Below the pieces are notes generated by a model that searched no databases, was not told where the DNA came from, and was given only the letters and a program-made list of their open reading frames with translations. A DNA stretch of 64,000 nucleotides, taken from an uncultured Bacteroidaceae bacterium. GTDB lineage: Bacteria > Bacteroidota > Bacteroidia > Bacteroidales > SM23-62. The translations under genes were made by a program, and so were the position numbers. Below are positions 1 to 10,317 of this stretch, piece after piece. Location: positions 11,923-75,922 of the forward strand of contig CAZNPH010000017.1 in NCBI GenBank assembly GCA_964574985.1, given 5' to 3'. How positions within the stretch are numbered: the stretch's first letter is position 1; the number at the start of each line of letters is the position of its first letter.

Positions 1-642
1 CTGCTGGAAGAGGTCAGTCTTTATGTATACGATTCCAGGGACCGGAGCTTGCGGGAAGCGGTGAGTTTTCAGGACCTGACGGACTATGCCGGCAGTTACC
101 GTTCTTCATGGAAAAGCAGGCTGGCTTATGAAGGTTCCCTGGTGTATTACCGGGTTACGCCCGTGGAGGGCTGGGACCGGCACCTGGAATATGCAGCGGA
201 AACAAAAGCGGATTCCCAGCGGATATCAGCATTGCGGGAGAAGTACGGCAAACCATACGCATTCAATGAAAAGACAAAGGAAATCACACCTGTGGATACC
301 GCGGTTTTCCGGGCGGTCTGCCGGAAGGAAAAAGAAGTGGATTATATGGAGTTCCATCGACGCCTGTCGGAGGTCCCCCTGTCTGAAATGGGACTGGTCA
401 TTCAGGATATCTATCCGAAAACAGACCGTGAGTATATCCGGGAAACCATTTATTGCAGAAACGGATCGGCTGTTTCCCGCCGGGCGGTGGTGGAGCAGAT
501 CATTTCAAAACTGGGCAGGGATGAGATCCGGGAACTCCTGAATGAAATGGATGCATACAAAAACAGCCTCGAAGGCATACAAAAATCAAGCTATGAAAGA
601 TGTTCGAAAAATGTTTACGAGCGCATGCAAACGCTGCTCTGA
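1..642 (+). CDS. Hypothetical protein, 5'-truncated by the window edge
   Basis: The frame is open from base 1 (LLEEVSLYVYDSRDRSLREAVS...) to TGA at 640-642. No family recognised. Confidence 0.6.
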   Translation: MLEEVSLYVYDSRDRSLREAVSFQDLTDYAGSYRSSWKSRLAYEGSLVYYRVTPVEGWDRHLEYAAETKADSQRISALREKYGKPYAFNEKTKEITPVDTAVFRAVCRKEKEVDYMEFHRRLSEVPLSEMGLVIQDIYPKTDREYIRETIYCRNGSAVSRRAVVEQIISKLGRDEIRELLNEMDAYKNSLEGIQKSSYERCSKNVYERMQTLL

Positions 643-1669
643 ATGGCTCATTCTCCTAGCCGTTCCGGCGGCCTGCCTCACAGGGAGCGCATGGGCCCGG
701 GAGGATATTGAACTGACAGAGATACAACTGACAGATACCCTGGACTACACTACCTTTAGGACCGGTAATCACCCCCTGGACCGGTATCCGCCGGCACATT
801 TGTTTGACACCGATTTGAGCACCTGCTGGGTATGCGGTACGCACGGAAGCGGAGAGGATCCGTCCGTATTCATGCGGTTGCCGGATGCGGAGCATGCGGT
901 GCTGAACTTTTTTCCCGGGTACGGGAAAAGCAAGGCCCTGTACCGTGCCAATGCCCGTCCCCGGAAAGTCCGGCTGTCCCTCTATGCGGCTATCAATCCG
1001 GACGGATATGTTACCGAAACGGTTGTGCTGTACAAGGCCGCGGAATTTCCGCAAAAAAAGCTGGTGGAAGTCCCCGATGAATACGGCATTTGGTCGGTCC
1101 CCCTGGATTTTGATCCGGAAACCCTGTCAGATTTCAAGGAAAAAGTCCGGCAGCATTATCATGCAAATTTCAATATCCCCGTGGCACATACATGCTGGAT
1201 CCTGAAATTTGAAATAACGGAGACCCGTCCCGGTACCCGGTATGATGACATTTGCGTTTCGGAGATATTCTTCCATGATCGGCTGATCTCTTCCGGATCC
1301 CTGACCTCTGCCCAGATTGAAAAAGTCTACCTGGATCCCGGGGAAAACACCTTGCTGGTCGACCATGCATATGACCGGGGGGTTGTTGTGTACCATGATC
1401 CTTACAGCATATTGCAGATCATTGAAGTGCCGGAAAACAAAAAATGGGCCATCCTCATATCCGTGCCCGCTGAGATACAGGGCAGGGTGGAGACCAATTA
1501 TTTGCTGGTTGACCTGCTCCGCAAGGAAGTGGTTAATGAACGGCTGGAAAGGTACACCGATGATTATTATTCCGGAAATCCCCTGCGTTTTGAAACCGGG
1601 GAAGACGGAACCCTTTATCTGGTGTACATGGCAACGGACGGAAGTGAACAAAAGACCGAATTACAATAA
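611..1669 (+). CDS. Secreted protein with a discoidin/NADase-type glycan-binding domain
   Basis: Signal peptide after ATG 611 (..LILLAVPAACLTGSAWA). Motifs YPPAHLFDTDLSTCWV, PGYGKSKALYRANARPRKV and ETRPGTRYDDICVSEI are typical of this discoidin-like domain. Confidence 0.7.
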   Translation: MFTSACKRCSEWLILLAVPAACLTGSAWAREDIELTEIQLTDTLDYTTFRTGNHPLDRYPPAHLFDTDLSTCWVCGTHGSGEDPSVFMRLPDAEHAVLNFFPGYGKSKALYRANARPRKVRLSLYAAINPDGYVTETVVLYKAAEFPQKKLVEVPDEYGIWSVPLDFDPETLSDFKEKVRQHYHANFNIPVAHTCWILKFEITETRPGTRYDDICVSEIFFHDRLISSGSLTSAQIEKVYLDPGENTLLVDHAYDRGVVVYHDPYSILQIIEVPENKKWAILISVPAEIQGRVETNYLLVDLLRKEVVNERLERYTDDYYSGNPLRFETGEDGTLYLVYMATDGSEQKTELQ

Positions 1670-1681
1670 CCAAATCAACAC

Positions 1682-3157
1682 ATGATGAAAACATCCGGAA
1701 TCACACGGGCAGCAATTGCATGCCTGTTTTTCCTTTTGCCGGCATGCGACCGAAAAGAACCAACGGCAGCTCATTCCAAAGGGCACATCCGCATATATGA
1801 AAAGAATCCCTTTTACTGGCAGTACGACAGCCGGCCGGTTTTTCTGATCGGGGGGAGCGTGGAGGACAATCTTTTCCAGATCCCGCGGCTGGAAGAACAT
1901 CTTGACCTGCTGCAATCGGTGGGCGGCAATTACGTACGGTGCACCATGAGCAGCCGGGATGAAGGGAATGCCAAACCGTATGTCAGGGAGAACGGACTTT
2001 TTGATCTGAGCCGGTGGAACCCGGAGTACTGGGAAAAGTTCGAAACATTCCTCCGTCTGACCAATGAGCGTGACATCGTTCCCCAGGTCGAATGCTGGGC
2101 CACCTATGATTTTTACCATGGGGAAAGCGGCTGGGTACAAAATGTTTACAATCCGCTGAACAATTCAAACTATACGGCCCGGGAATCGGGTCTGCCTGAA
2201 GTGATCGACCACACGGCCCAGATGAAAGTAAACCCTTTCTTTGAAAGTGTCCCTGATATCGGCAACAACACACTGTTGCTGGAATACCAGAAAAAATTCA
2301 TTGACAGGATCCTTTCCTTTACCTTCCCCTATGATCATGTGCTGTACTGCATCGACAACGAGACCAACACCCGTCCGGAATGGGGGGAATACTGGGCCGG
2401 GTATATCAAAGGCAAAGCAAAGGAAGCGGGAAAAACCATATATGTTACCGAGATGTGGGACAACTGGGATCCCACCGGCGGACAAGTGGAGGGGGTCCGG
2501 AGGCAGGATGACGAAAGCCATCCCTTTCTGGACCGGTCAAGCATCTCCAACACCCTGAATGCCCCGGATATCTATGACTATCTGGATGTTGCCAACAACA
2601 ATGCCCAGAACGGGGAGATACATTACCTGTCGGCTCTTTTCGTGAGGGACCGGGTGAAGCGTACCGGCATCATCCGGCCCGTGAACAATGTGAAAATTTA
2701 CGGGGGGACCATCTATGAGGAGTGGACAAAGGACTGGGCCGGTTCCTTCAAGGACGGCGAAGAACGTTTCTGGCGGGATCTTTTTGCCGGACATGCTTCC
2801 GTGCGTTTTCACCGGCCGCCCTATGGCCTGGGCCTGAACCCTGTGGCCCGGCATCATATTCAGAGCATGCGTATGCTGACCGATTCCATGGATCTGTTCA
2901 GGCATGTGCCCTCGAACGGACTCCTACCGGAGAGGGACCCCAATGAAGCCTTTTGCCTGGCCATCCCGGGGGAGGAATATGTTGTGTACTTCCCCGGCGG
3001 GGGAGAGGTGACGATCGATGCCGTCCCGGGCCGGTATGTGTCGCGGTGGCTGCACTTGCGCTCCTCGGTCTGGCGTAACCCTTCGGAGATCGAAAATCCC
3101 AGCGGACTTTCCACCCCCGACAACGATCAGTGGGTGGTGTGTATGAAAAGGCAATAA
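1682..3157 (+). CDS. Lipoprotein, putative glycoside hydrolase (DUF4038/GH5-like TIM barrel) with a C-terminal putative collagen-binding domain
   Basis: Lipobox LPAC. NPFYWQY..PVFLIGGS, IDNE acid/base-like motif, and C-terminal AFCLAIPGEEYVVYFPGGGEV. Confidence 0.75.
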   Translation: MMKTSGITRAAIACLFFLLPACDRKEPTAAHSKGHIRIYEKNPFYWQYDSRPVFLIGGSVEDNLFQIPRLEEHLDLLQSVGGNYVRCTMSSRDEGNAKPYVRENGLFDLSRWNPEYWEKFETFLRLTNERDIVPQVECWATYDFYHGESGWVQNVYNPLNNSNYTARESGLPEVIDHTAQMKVNPFFESVPDIGNNTLLLEYQKKFIDRILSFTFPYDHVLYCIDNETNTRPEWGEYWAGYIKGKAKEAGKTIYVTEMWDNWDPTGGQVEGVRRQDDESHPFLDRSSISNTLNAPDIYDYLDVANNNAQNGEIHYLSALFVRDRVKRTGIIRPVNNVKIYGGTIYEEWTKDWAGSFKDGEERFWRDLFAGHASVRFHRPPYGLGLNPVARHHIQSMRMLTDSMDLFRHVPSNGLLPERDPNEAFCLAIPGEEYVVYFPGGGEVTIDAVPGRYVSRWLHLRSSVWRNPSEIENPSGLSTPDNDQWVVCMKRQ

Positions 3158-3332
3158 GAAAAACACAACGGGTTTTCGCTTATAAAAGAATTGTATACAA
3201 GTACTTGGACGATCATGTAACACATTGATAAATGGAATTGGAATTAGATTTAAATGAAATTAAGCGATTAGACGGTTATCAAAGATTGACAAGATTTCGC
3301 CGAAGGAATTTGAAAATTGGAGTAATTGACAA

Positions 3333-3842
3333 TTATGAGATTTGTCCGATTGTATTCAACTTGTATGAGCGGTTAAAAAACGAATTCATTTTATATTCCT
3401 TTATCAGGTAAGAAAGGTCTTTCCAGTCTGTATCCCCGGGATTTTCTGTCAACAGGGTGCCCGCGGAATGATATGCATCGGCAACAATGGTGTCATTTTC
3501 ACCGATATTCGGCAATGTCTTTTGAATCGCAGATTTTATTGTAGCTGTTGCCTGGTCAAGTTTCCACTGTTTTTGGTAGCAAATCCCGTGTTTTGTTTCG
3601 TTTAACAGATATTTTCTCCATTTTTCTTGTTCCCGGTACAATGCACCTGCCTTTGCATAATAAACAATGGCACTGTCGTACCTGGCGCTGTCCGTTAAAA
3701 TGCAGGCTTTTTCATAAAATTCGTCTGCCAGAGCGGTGTCTGCACGGATATTTTGTGAATAGGCGTTTTGTGGGAAAATCATTGACAATAAAGAGAATAA
3801 TGCAATCCTGGCAGCCATTATGCTATGATTCATGGTATGCAT
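3333..3842 (-). pseudogene. Collapsed TPR + CHAT-domain protein (N-terminus joined to a short CHAT-like fragment)
   Basis: Signal peptide and TPR-like helices (YDSAIVYYAKAG..DTIVADAYH) run directly into TLLTENPGDTDWKDLSYLIKEY, which resembles the interior of Bacteroidota CHAT domains. Only 169 aa long. Confidence 0.6.
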
Positions 3843-4028
3843 AAGCGTTCGGTAATGATCCTGTCAAAAATTCACCATGCGATGCGGACCTGAAAAAATT
3901 CAGAAACAAATAAGTTACAAATATTTTTTGCAAATTGTACATCTGAATGATTCCGGACAATTATGTCAATGATATGAGAATAAAAGCAAATTAATGAATA
4001 AGCCCGGAAACAATTAAAAAATCAAATT

Positions 4029-6266
4029 ATGAGAAAATTAAAAATTCTAACCGCAGTTTTTGCATGTATTTTTCTGATCGCTCCGTTTCAGGCGGAGGCA
4101 CAGGAAAAAGCCATTGATGTTTTTTCCGGAACGGTTTTCATGAATCCGCCCATGGAGTACCGGCCATTGCAGATCATCCATGGTTTTGACAAGTTCCTGG
4201 AAAATCCGGATGAGCTGACCGGTGTTAAAGGGATCGACCGCTACCTCGATAAATTAACGGATCTGGGTGTCGGGGGAGTGGTTGCCAACGTTGGTTTTAA
4301 GGATTATCTGCAAAGTGACCGGCAATGGGAGATCTGGCGCTATGGACTGGAAGGGGCCGTCAATCTGGGGATGACGGTCTGGATGTATGACGAATATGCT
4401 TATCCGAGCGGGAGTGCCGGGGGCATTGTGCCCAGGGCAAACCCGGAATACTCGGCCGAAGGGTTGGCCTGTTATGTTGTCCGTGCACAGGGAGGGGAGC
4501 AGGTTACATATCCCCTGCCGGTGAGTGCCAGGGCTTTTGTGGCTGCAGTTGCGAAGCCTGTGGATGAAGGGGGAAACAACAGGACGGTGGATATTTCGGA
4601 TTATGTGGATGAATGGGGGACTTTGCACTGGAAAGTCCCGGAAGGCGAATGGGAGATCTGTTATTTTGCCAGGCGTCAGATATACGAGGACACTTTTGTT
4701 ACCCGGATCCCGCACGGGACGACTAATAAATATATTGATGTGCTTGACCATGAAGCCGTAAAAGCTTTTCTGCGTGTGACCCACCAGGCCTATGTATACA
4801 ATACACCTCAACATCTGTGGAAACATATACAGGCTTCATTTATGGACGAACCGCTTTTGCTGGCTCCCCATTTATCCCCGCCTGAAGAACGCAAGAATGT
4901 GGTCCTCGATATGCCGCTTTTCATTGACCGGCCGGCATCGGTGACCTGGACAAAACGGTTCCCTGACATATTCCGGCAAATGAAAGGGTATTCGGTCGAG
5001 CCGCATTTGCGGTCTGTTTTTGCCGGGGAAACAGCCGAAGATTATTATGTACGGCAGGATTACTGGGATGTGGCGGCGCATTTGTATGCCACTTCCTTCC
5101 ACGGGCAGATCGCCGGTTGGTGCGAAAAGAACGGGATCGCATCTTCCGGCCATACTCTTGCTGAAGAAGGATTACACGGAAACATCATGTTCGAGGGCAG
5201 CCTTCAGGAAGTGATCAGGCCTATGCAGATACCGGGGATTGACATGCTGAACGGCGATCCGGAAAGTATGCTGACAAGAAATCTGGTCGCCCCCAAGGCG
5301 GTTTCTTCGGTGGCCCATCTCACGGGAAGGGATCTGGTGCAATGCGAAACATCGGCACACCAGCAACATGTGAACCAGGATAAGGAAACTTCACTGGCCC
5401 AGTGGAAAGGACAGGCCAATATTTTGTACGCCATGGGTGTTAACCTGTTGACCCTGTATTACAACTGGTCTTATATGGGCGAAGAAAAATACCGTTCGTA
5501 CACGGATTACGTGGGGCGTCTGGCGCTGATGCTTCAGCATGCCCGGCACATTTGCGACGTGGCGGTATTGTACCCGGTCAGAACCGGCTGGTGCTGGTGG
5601 ACCCCATGGCCGTTTGACGATACGCCCGGAGTGGACCGGGGCAACCTGAGTGAAAAAATGGATGACCTGGCTGAGGTTTATCACAACACCTGCCAGTTCC
5701 TTGCACAGGATCAGATTGATTTTGACATTATCGACGAACAGGCGGTCAGGGATGCGGTTATTGCTGACGGCGCCATGCATGTTTCCGATGAATCCTACCC
5801 GGTGATCGTTCTGCCTGCCGTGGAGGCGCTGGAGCTGGAAACGCTCAGGGCCCTGCAGAAATTTTCGGAAGCAGGCGGGATCATTGTTCCGGTGGCTGAT
5901 ATTCCTCATCTTGCAGATTCAAAAATAAACCAGAAGGAATTTGATGAAATTGCCGGCCGCCTGTTCCCGGCCGGTACGGAACGGGTCGATGCCGGAGATC
6001 TGACTTCTCTTTTGAAGTCAGAAATCGATGTCGATTTCAGGTTGCCTTCGCCTGATAAAAAGGTTTGCTATACGCATTATTACAAGGATGGACGGGATAT
6101 TTATTTTGTGGTGAACAATTGTTCGGACAATAAGGTTATCCGGCCGGAATTAAGAACCAGGGGAAAATGGGACCTTTACCGGCCCCTGACCGGAAAGATC
6201 GAAAAAGCACCAAAAAACCTGGAAATTCCTTTTGAACCCTTCGAGGGCGTTTTCCTGGTGAATTGA
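4029..6266 (+). CDS. GH106-like glycoside hydrolase (alpha-L-rhamnosidase-like)
   Basis: Signal peptide. Motifs WMYDEYAYPSGSAGG, FMDEP, GHTLAEE, PGIDML, SSVAHLTGR..CET and DVAVLYP. Confidence 0.75.
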   Translation: MRKLKILTAVFACIFLIAPFQAEAQEKAIDVFSGTVFMNPPMEYRPLQIIHGFDKFLENPDELTGVKGIDRYLDKLTDLGVGGVVANVGFKDYLQSDRQWEIWRYGLEGAVNLGMTVWMYDEYAYPSGSAGGIVPRANPEYSAEGLACYVVRAQGGEQVTYPLPVSARAFVAAVAKPVDEGGNNRTVDISDYVDEWGTLHWKVPEGEWEICYFARRQIYEDTFVTRIPHGTTNKYIDVLDHEAVKAFLRVTHQAYVYNTPQHLWKHIQASFMDEPLLLAPHLSPPEERKNVVLDMPLFIDRPASVTWTKRFPDIFRQMKGYSVEPHLRSVFAGETAEDYYVRQDYWDVAAHLYATSFHGQIAGWCEKNGIASSGHTLAEEGLHGNIMFEGSLQEVIRPMQIPGIDMLNGDPESMLTRNLVAPKAVSSVAHLTGRDLVQCETSAHQQHVNQDKETSLAQWKGQANILYAMGVNLLTLYYNWSYMGEEKYRSYTDYVGRLALMLQHARHICDVAVLYPVRTGWCWWTPWPFDDTPGVDRGNLSEKMDDLAEVYHNTCQFLAQDQIDFDIIDEQAVRDAVIADGAMHVSDESYPVIVLPAVEALELETLRALQKFSEAGGIIVPVADIPHLADSKINQKEFDEIAGRLFPAGTERVDAGDLTSLLKSEIDVDFRLPSPDKKVCYTHYYKDGRDIYFVVNNCSDNKVIRPELRTRGKWDLYRPLTGKIEKAPKNLEIPFEPFEGVFLVN

Positions 6267-6354
6267 TCATGTCCTGAATATTATACCCATTCAGTACCGC
6301 CGTTCTTCATTCATTCGGAATTTTGTTCTTCGATCTATGAGAGCAGAAAAATAT

Positions 6355-6362
6355 TATATTTG
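6355..6362 (+). promoter_or_regulatory. Bacteroidota sigma-70 -7 element (TAnnTTTG)
   Basis: TATATTTG ends 4 nt before the DUF433 ATG at 6367. Confidence 0.55.
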
Positions 6363-6366
6363 TAGT

Positions 6367-6630
6367 ATGACAGGATACCACAATATCATTACTATAAACC
6401 CTGAAAAGAGGTTTGGAAAACCATGTATACGAAATACCCGAATCTCTGTTTATGATGTGCTGAGTTGGCTGGCCTCCGGTATGTCCCATGGTGAAATAAC
6501 AAATGATTTTCCTGAAATTACCGAAGAAGATATTTCAGCGTGCCTTTCGTAACGTGAAAACGAGTTTATCATTAAGGAATTTCTGGATAATATTGATTAC
6601 AAAGAAATCAATTGCCTTGAGATTGATTAG
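6367..6630 (+). pseudogene. Deleted DUF433 / DUF5615(PIN)-type toxin-antitoxin module
   Basis: The DUF433 sequence ITINPEKRFGKPCIRNTRISVYDVLSWLASGMS..EDISACLS stops at 6552. In the same frame 6553-6630 reads RENEFIIKEFLDNIDYKEINCLEID*, resembling the C-terminus of DUF5615 toxins. Confidence 0.65.
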
Positions 6631-7213
6631 TCTGACCGGCAAAAATAACAATATGCAATACCCTTCGATCGTTTGGTATGACGACCAATGACACCTGTTC
6701 TGTACACTTCACGGCCATAAGAGCAGCCATGACATTGTGTTTTCATCTTTTAATGATTTTGGAGAGGCACGCGTTACCAAACCCGTCATTCTGCTCAACC
6801 ATGCTGGTTACCATTGTGCCCCGCATGTTTTTTATTTCATCCCCCCACGAAAAATGGTATATGATTTTCCAGGCAAGCAGCGATGAATGGTCTCCGAACT
6901 ACCAGGCGGCTTTTACTGCATCCTGGTCAGGTCTGAAACCCCTGAATGTAGAAAATTCGGTTGACCGGTGATCCGGCCAATGCCGGTAAATCTGATAAAT
7001 TTTTTATATCTTGATTTTTTGTCCGGTTGTCCGGTCCGTTCGAGACCGGAAACAGGTATATCGGCAAATATTTTTGTTTACAAATGGCAAAATACCAACA
7101 ATTGTGAAATGTAAACGATTTTTTTTACTGATCATGCTGGGTCTGGGCATTGCCTGCAACAGTGAACGATATTCAATTCATCAGGATAATTCATTCATTA
7201 AAAATTCACAAAA

Positions 7214-8677
7214 ATGAAAAAAGCTGTTTTATTTTCCGTTATTTCAGTACTTCTGTTGCTGTTTGTACCGTCAGTGAATGCAGAGGTCGAACTGCCTGCC
7301 ATTATTTCTTCGGATATGGTTTTGCAGCGCAACACCACGGTGGTGATCTGGGGCTGGGCAGATGCCGGCGAAGAAATTTCCATTGAGCTTTCCTGGCTGA
7401 ATGTGCCATTGAATGTGGAAGCGGACAATGAGGGGAATTGGCGTGTTGAACTGGGAACCACCAACAGCAAAGATCCGCAGACCATCAGGATCAATAGCAG
7501 GGAATCGGATATTGTACTGGAGAATGTTTTGTTCGGGGAAGTCTGGTTGTGTTCGGGACAATCGAATATGCAACAACCGGTCAAAGGTTATGACGGACAA
7601 CCTACATTCGGTTCCAACATGGCAACTGCAAGGGGTCATAATCCCGATTTGCGTTTGTTTACGGTAGACCGGGTCGGTTCCGGGACCCCTTTGCAGGATG
7701 TTGAGAAATACACGGCCTGGCAACAGGCAACTCCGGAGAGCGTTTCGGAATTTACCGCCATCGGTTATTTCTTTGGACTGCAGTTGCAGGAAATCCTGGA
7801 TGTGCCGGTGGGTGTGATCCACACTTCCTGGGGCGGTAGCTCCGTTCAGGCCTGGATCAGCAAGGAAGTAATAAGCACTTATCAGGAAGTCGATCTTGAA
7901 GATGTGGATATAACAAAACATACAAATCATATTCCGACGGCCCTGTTCAATGCCATGATCCATCCGTTGATCCCGTATACAATAAAAGGAGCGTTGTGGT
8001 ATCAGGGTGAGTCCAACCGCAAGGAACCGGGGAAATACAGGGATCTGTTTCCCGCCATGGTTAAGGATTGGCGTAACCGTTGGGGAATCGGCGATTTCCC
8101 GTTCTTCTATGTACAGATCGCACCTTTCATATATGAAGGCAATGATGTGTTCAATACGGTGGAAAATTCAGCTTTTATCCGTGAGGTTCAATTGCAATGC
8201 CTGGATCTGATCCCCAATTCAGGCATCGCCGTTACCATGGACATCGGGGACCAATATTGCATTCACCCGCCAAAGAAAAAAGAAGTGGCGGACAGATTGC
8301 TGTTTAACGCCCTCAGCAAAACCTACGGCTTCGATGCCGCGGATTGTGCTTCTCCGGTTTATGAGTCGCACGAGGCAAAAGATGGCGGGATCCTGTTGAA
8401 ATTCAAAAATGCGGAGACCGGATTGTATGCCTTTGAAAAGCTAAAGGGATTTGAGATCGCCGGGGAAGACAGGGTGTTTTATCCGGCCGATGCTGCAATT
8501 GTGAACCGCAACGAAGTACAGGTAAAAAGCGATAAAGTGTCAAATCCGGTGGCAGTGCGTTATGCCTGGCAGAACTGGATCGTGGGGACGCTTTATGATA
8601 CCAGTCTTTTGCCTGCATCGTCCTTCAGGACAGACGATTGGGAGGATGCAACCAGACAGGGAACGGCCGGAAAATGA
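7214..8677 (+). CDS. Sialate O-acetylesterase (SASA domain)
   Basis: Signal peptide. Motifs SDMVLQR, GEVWLCSGQSNM, WGGS, WYQGESN, IHP and PVAVRYAW. Confidence 0.92.
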   Translation: MKKAVLFSVISVLLLLFVPSVNAEVELPAIISSDMVLQRNTTVVIWGWADAGEEISIELSWLNVPLNVEADNEGNWRVELGTTNSKDPQTIRINSRESDIVLENVLFGEVWLCSGQSNMQQPVKGYDGQPTFGSNMATARGHNPDLRLFTVDRVGSGTPLQDVEKYTAWQQATPESVSEFTAIGYFFGLQLQEILDVPVGVIHTSWGGSSVQAWISKEVISTYQEVDLEDVDITKHTNHIPTALFNAMIHPLIPYTIKGALWYQGESNRKEPGKYRDLFPAMVKDWRNRWGIGDFPFFYVQIAPFIYEGNDVFNTVENSAFIREVQLQCLDLIPNSGIAVTMDIGDQYCIHPPKKKEVADRLLFNALSKTYGFDAADCASPVYESHEAKDGGILLKFKNAETGLYAFEKLKGFEIAGEDRVFYPADAAIVNRNEVQVKSDKVSNPVAVRYAWQNWIVGTLYDTSLLPASSFRTDDWEDATRQGTAGK

Positions 8678-8759
8678 AACGCAGTTTTTTTCTTGCCTTT
8701 TTGGCAACTTGTATTATGACGGTTTCGCGGGGATAGAAAAATAATAAAAAAAATTAATC

Positions 8760-10058
8760 ATGAGAACCAACAGAAGGAATTTCATTTCAACCGCGGCAGC
8801 GGCCGGGGCCGCTTCAGCCATGATCCCATTTTCATCCTGTGCTACAGACCGAAGTCAGGAATCCGGTTTTCCCGACTATGCTCCGCTGGACAAGGCACGA
8901 TCGGAACCCGTGCTGAAAAGGGAACTGTTCCCTTCTCCGGTAATCATTGAAAAACTTGAATTGCTCCGGGACAGGAACAATTTCATTTGCCGTGTGAGGT
9001 CAAAGGATGGTGCGGAAGGCATTTCCGTCGGCCACCCCTTTATCTCGAACCAGGGATACCCGATATTCAGGCATTCCCTGCATCACCGTTTTACCGGTCA
9101 GGATGCGCGTGATCTGGACAGATTGATTTTCGAGTCCGCCGAATACAATATCAAAAGGCAAGGCATCCCCCTGTGTGTGCAGTTTGCCACCATTGAGTTT
9201 GCAATTCTTGATATGCTCGGCAATCTGGCCGGTCTGCCGGTGGGTAAGCTGATCGGTGAAATCCATCATCCGGAAATCGCCATATATCTGGGGGGTCGTT
9301 ACGGCCAACTGCGCAGCATGGAACCAGAGAAATCCCTTGAGCTGGTGCAGCAGGATCTAATGGAAACCGATGCGAAGGCCATTAAAATCCGTGCCGGCCG
9401 CGGAGACAACCTGGGTTCCGATATTGATAATGCCCCGGGAAGGACAGAAAAACTCATCCGTATGGCCCGTGAAAAATTCGGGGATGATATGGTCCTTATG
9501 ATCGACGGAAACGGGTCCTATTCTGTAAAGGAAGCCATCCGCATTGGCAGGATCCTGGAGGAGTACAATTACTACTTTTATGAGGAGCCCGTACCCTGGG
9601 ACTGGTATGAAGAACAAAAGCGGGTTGCCGATGCACTGGAGATCAAAATGGCCGGAGGTGAAGAAGAGTTCGGAATGCACGCTTTCCGCTGGCTGATCGC
9701 CAACAACGCATTTGAGATCCTGCAGCCCGACCAGTTTTATTTCGGAGGCATGATCCGTTCCATGAAAGTGGCACGCATGGCCGAAGTGTGCGGGAAAAAG
9801 ATCGTTCCCCACATGTCCGGGGGAGGCCTGGGATACCTCTATATGCTGCATTTCACCTCAGCTTGTCCGAATGCAGGCAAATATCATGAATTCAAGATGT
9901 TTGAAACCAGGGATGCAAACGGAACCACCATCCCCGTTGAGAGCAAGACAGAACCTTTTGCCAGTGTGGATGGCGTAATAAAGGTCCCCACGGGGTCCGG
10001 ACTGGGTATCAACATAGATCCTGATTACATCAGTACACATAAAGTTATATACGGATAA
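8760..10058 (+). CDS. Mandelate racemase/muconate lactonizing enzyme family protein with Tat (lipo)signal
   Basis: N-terminal TNRRNFI..FSSC. KxR (AIKIR), metal ligands IDGN, EEP and GGEE, plus LQPD, VPH and PTGSGLGI. Confidence 0.88.
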   Translation: MRTNRRNFISTAAAAGAASAMIPFSSCATDRSQESGFPDYAPLDKARSEPVLKRELFPSPVIIEKLELLRDRNNFICRVRSKDGAEGISVGHPFISNQGYPIFRHSLHHRFTGQDARDLDRLIFESAEYNIKRQGIPLCVQFATIEFAILDMLGNLAGLPVGKLIGEIHHPEIAIYLGGRYGQLRSMEPEKSLELVQQDLMETDAKAIKIRAGRGDNLGSDIDNAPGRTEKLIRMAREKFGDDMVLMIDGNGSYSVKEAIRIGRILEEYNYYFYEEPVPWDWYEEQKRVADALEIKMAGGEEEFGMHAFRWLIANNAFEILQPDQFYFGGMIRSMKVARMAEVCGKKIVPHMSGGGLGYLYMLHFTSACPNAGKYHEFKMFETRDANGTTIPVESKTEPFASVDGVIKVPTGSGLGINIDPDYISTHKVIYG

Positions 10059-10317
10059 TCCGTCACACCCCAAAAAAGATAAAACTCCCCAAATGGACGG
10101 GCATTGCAAACATTTCCATGCGGGCAGGCGGCTCTGGCAGCATGCCGGGGACAAGAATTTGTCCCGTGTGGTAAAAATTGCCACCGGGGGCAGAAATCAC
10201 AATTACCGGCTGTTGACCCACGCCCATTACTTTGAAAAAAAGGAGTTATGGCGATGAGCAAATAATTGTTAACTTTCCGGTCCATGTATGGAAGAGGAAG
10301 ACGGAGATGAAAACTGT

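Noticed and set aside
6678-6971. 97-aa ORF as a real gene
   Set aside because: No recognisable motif on either strand. Probably decayed sequence.
7076-7120. LacI-type operator (GTTTACA...TGTAAACGATT) upstream of the esterase
   Set aside because: The palindrome is imperfect, there is no regulator gene nearby, and I found no second copy.
10148-10165. Hairpin GGGACAA-GAAT-TTGTCCC as a terminator
   Set aside because: It has no U-tract and lies ~90 nt from the upstream stop, inside probable remnant DNA.
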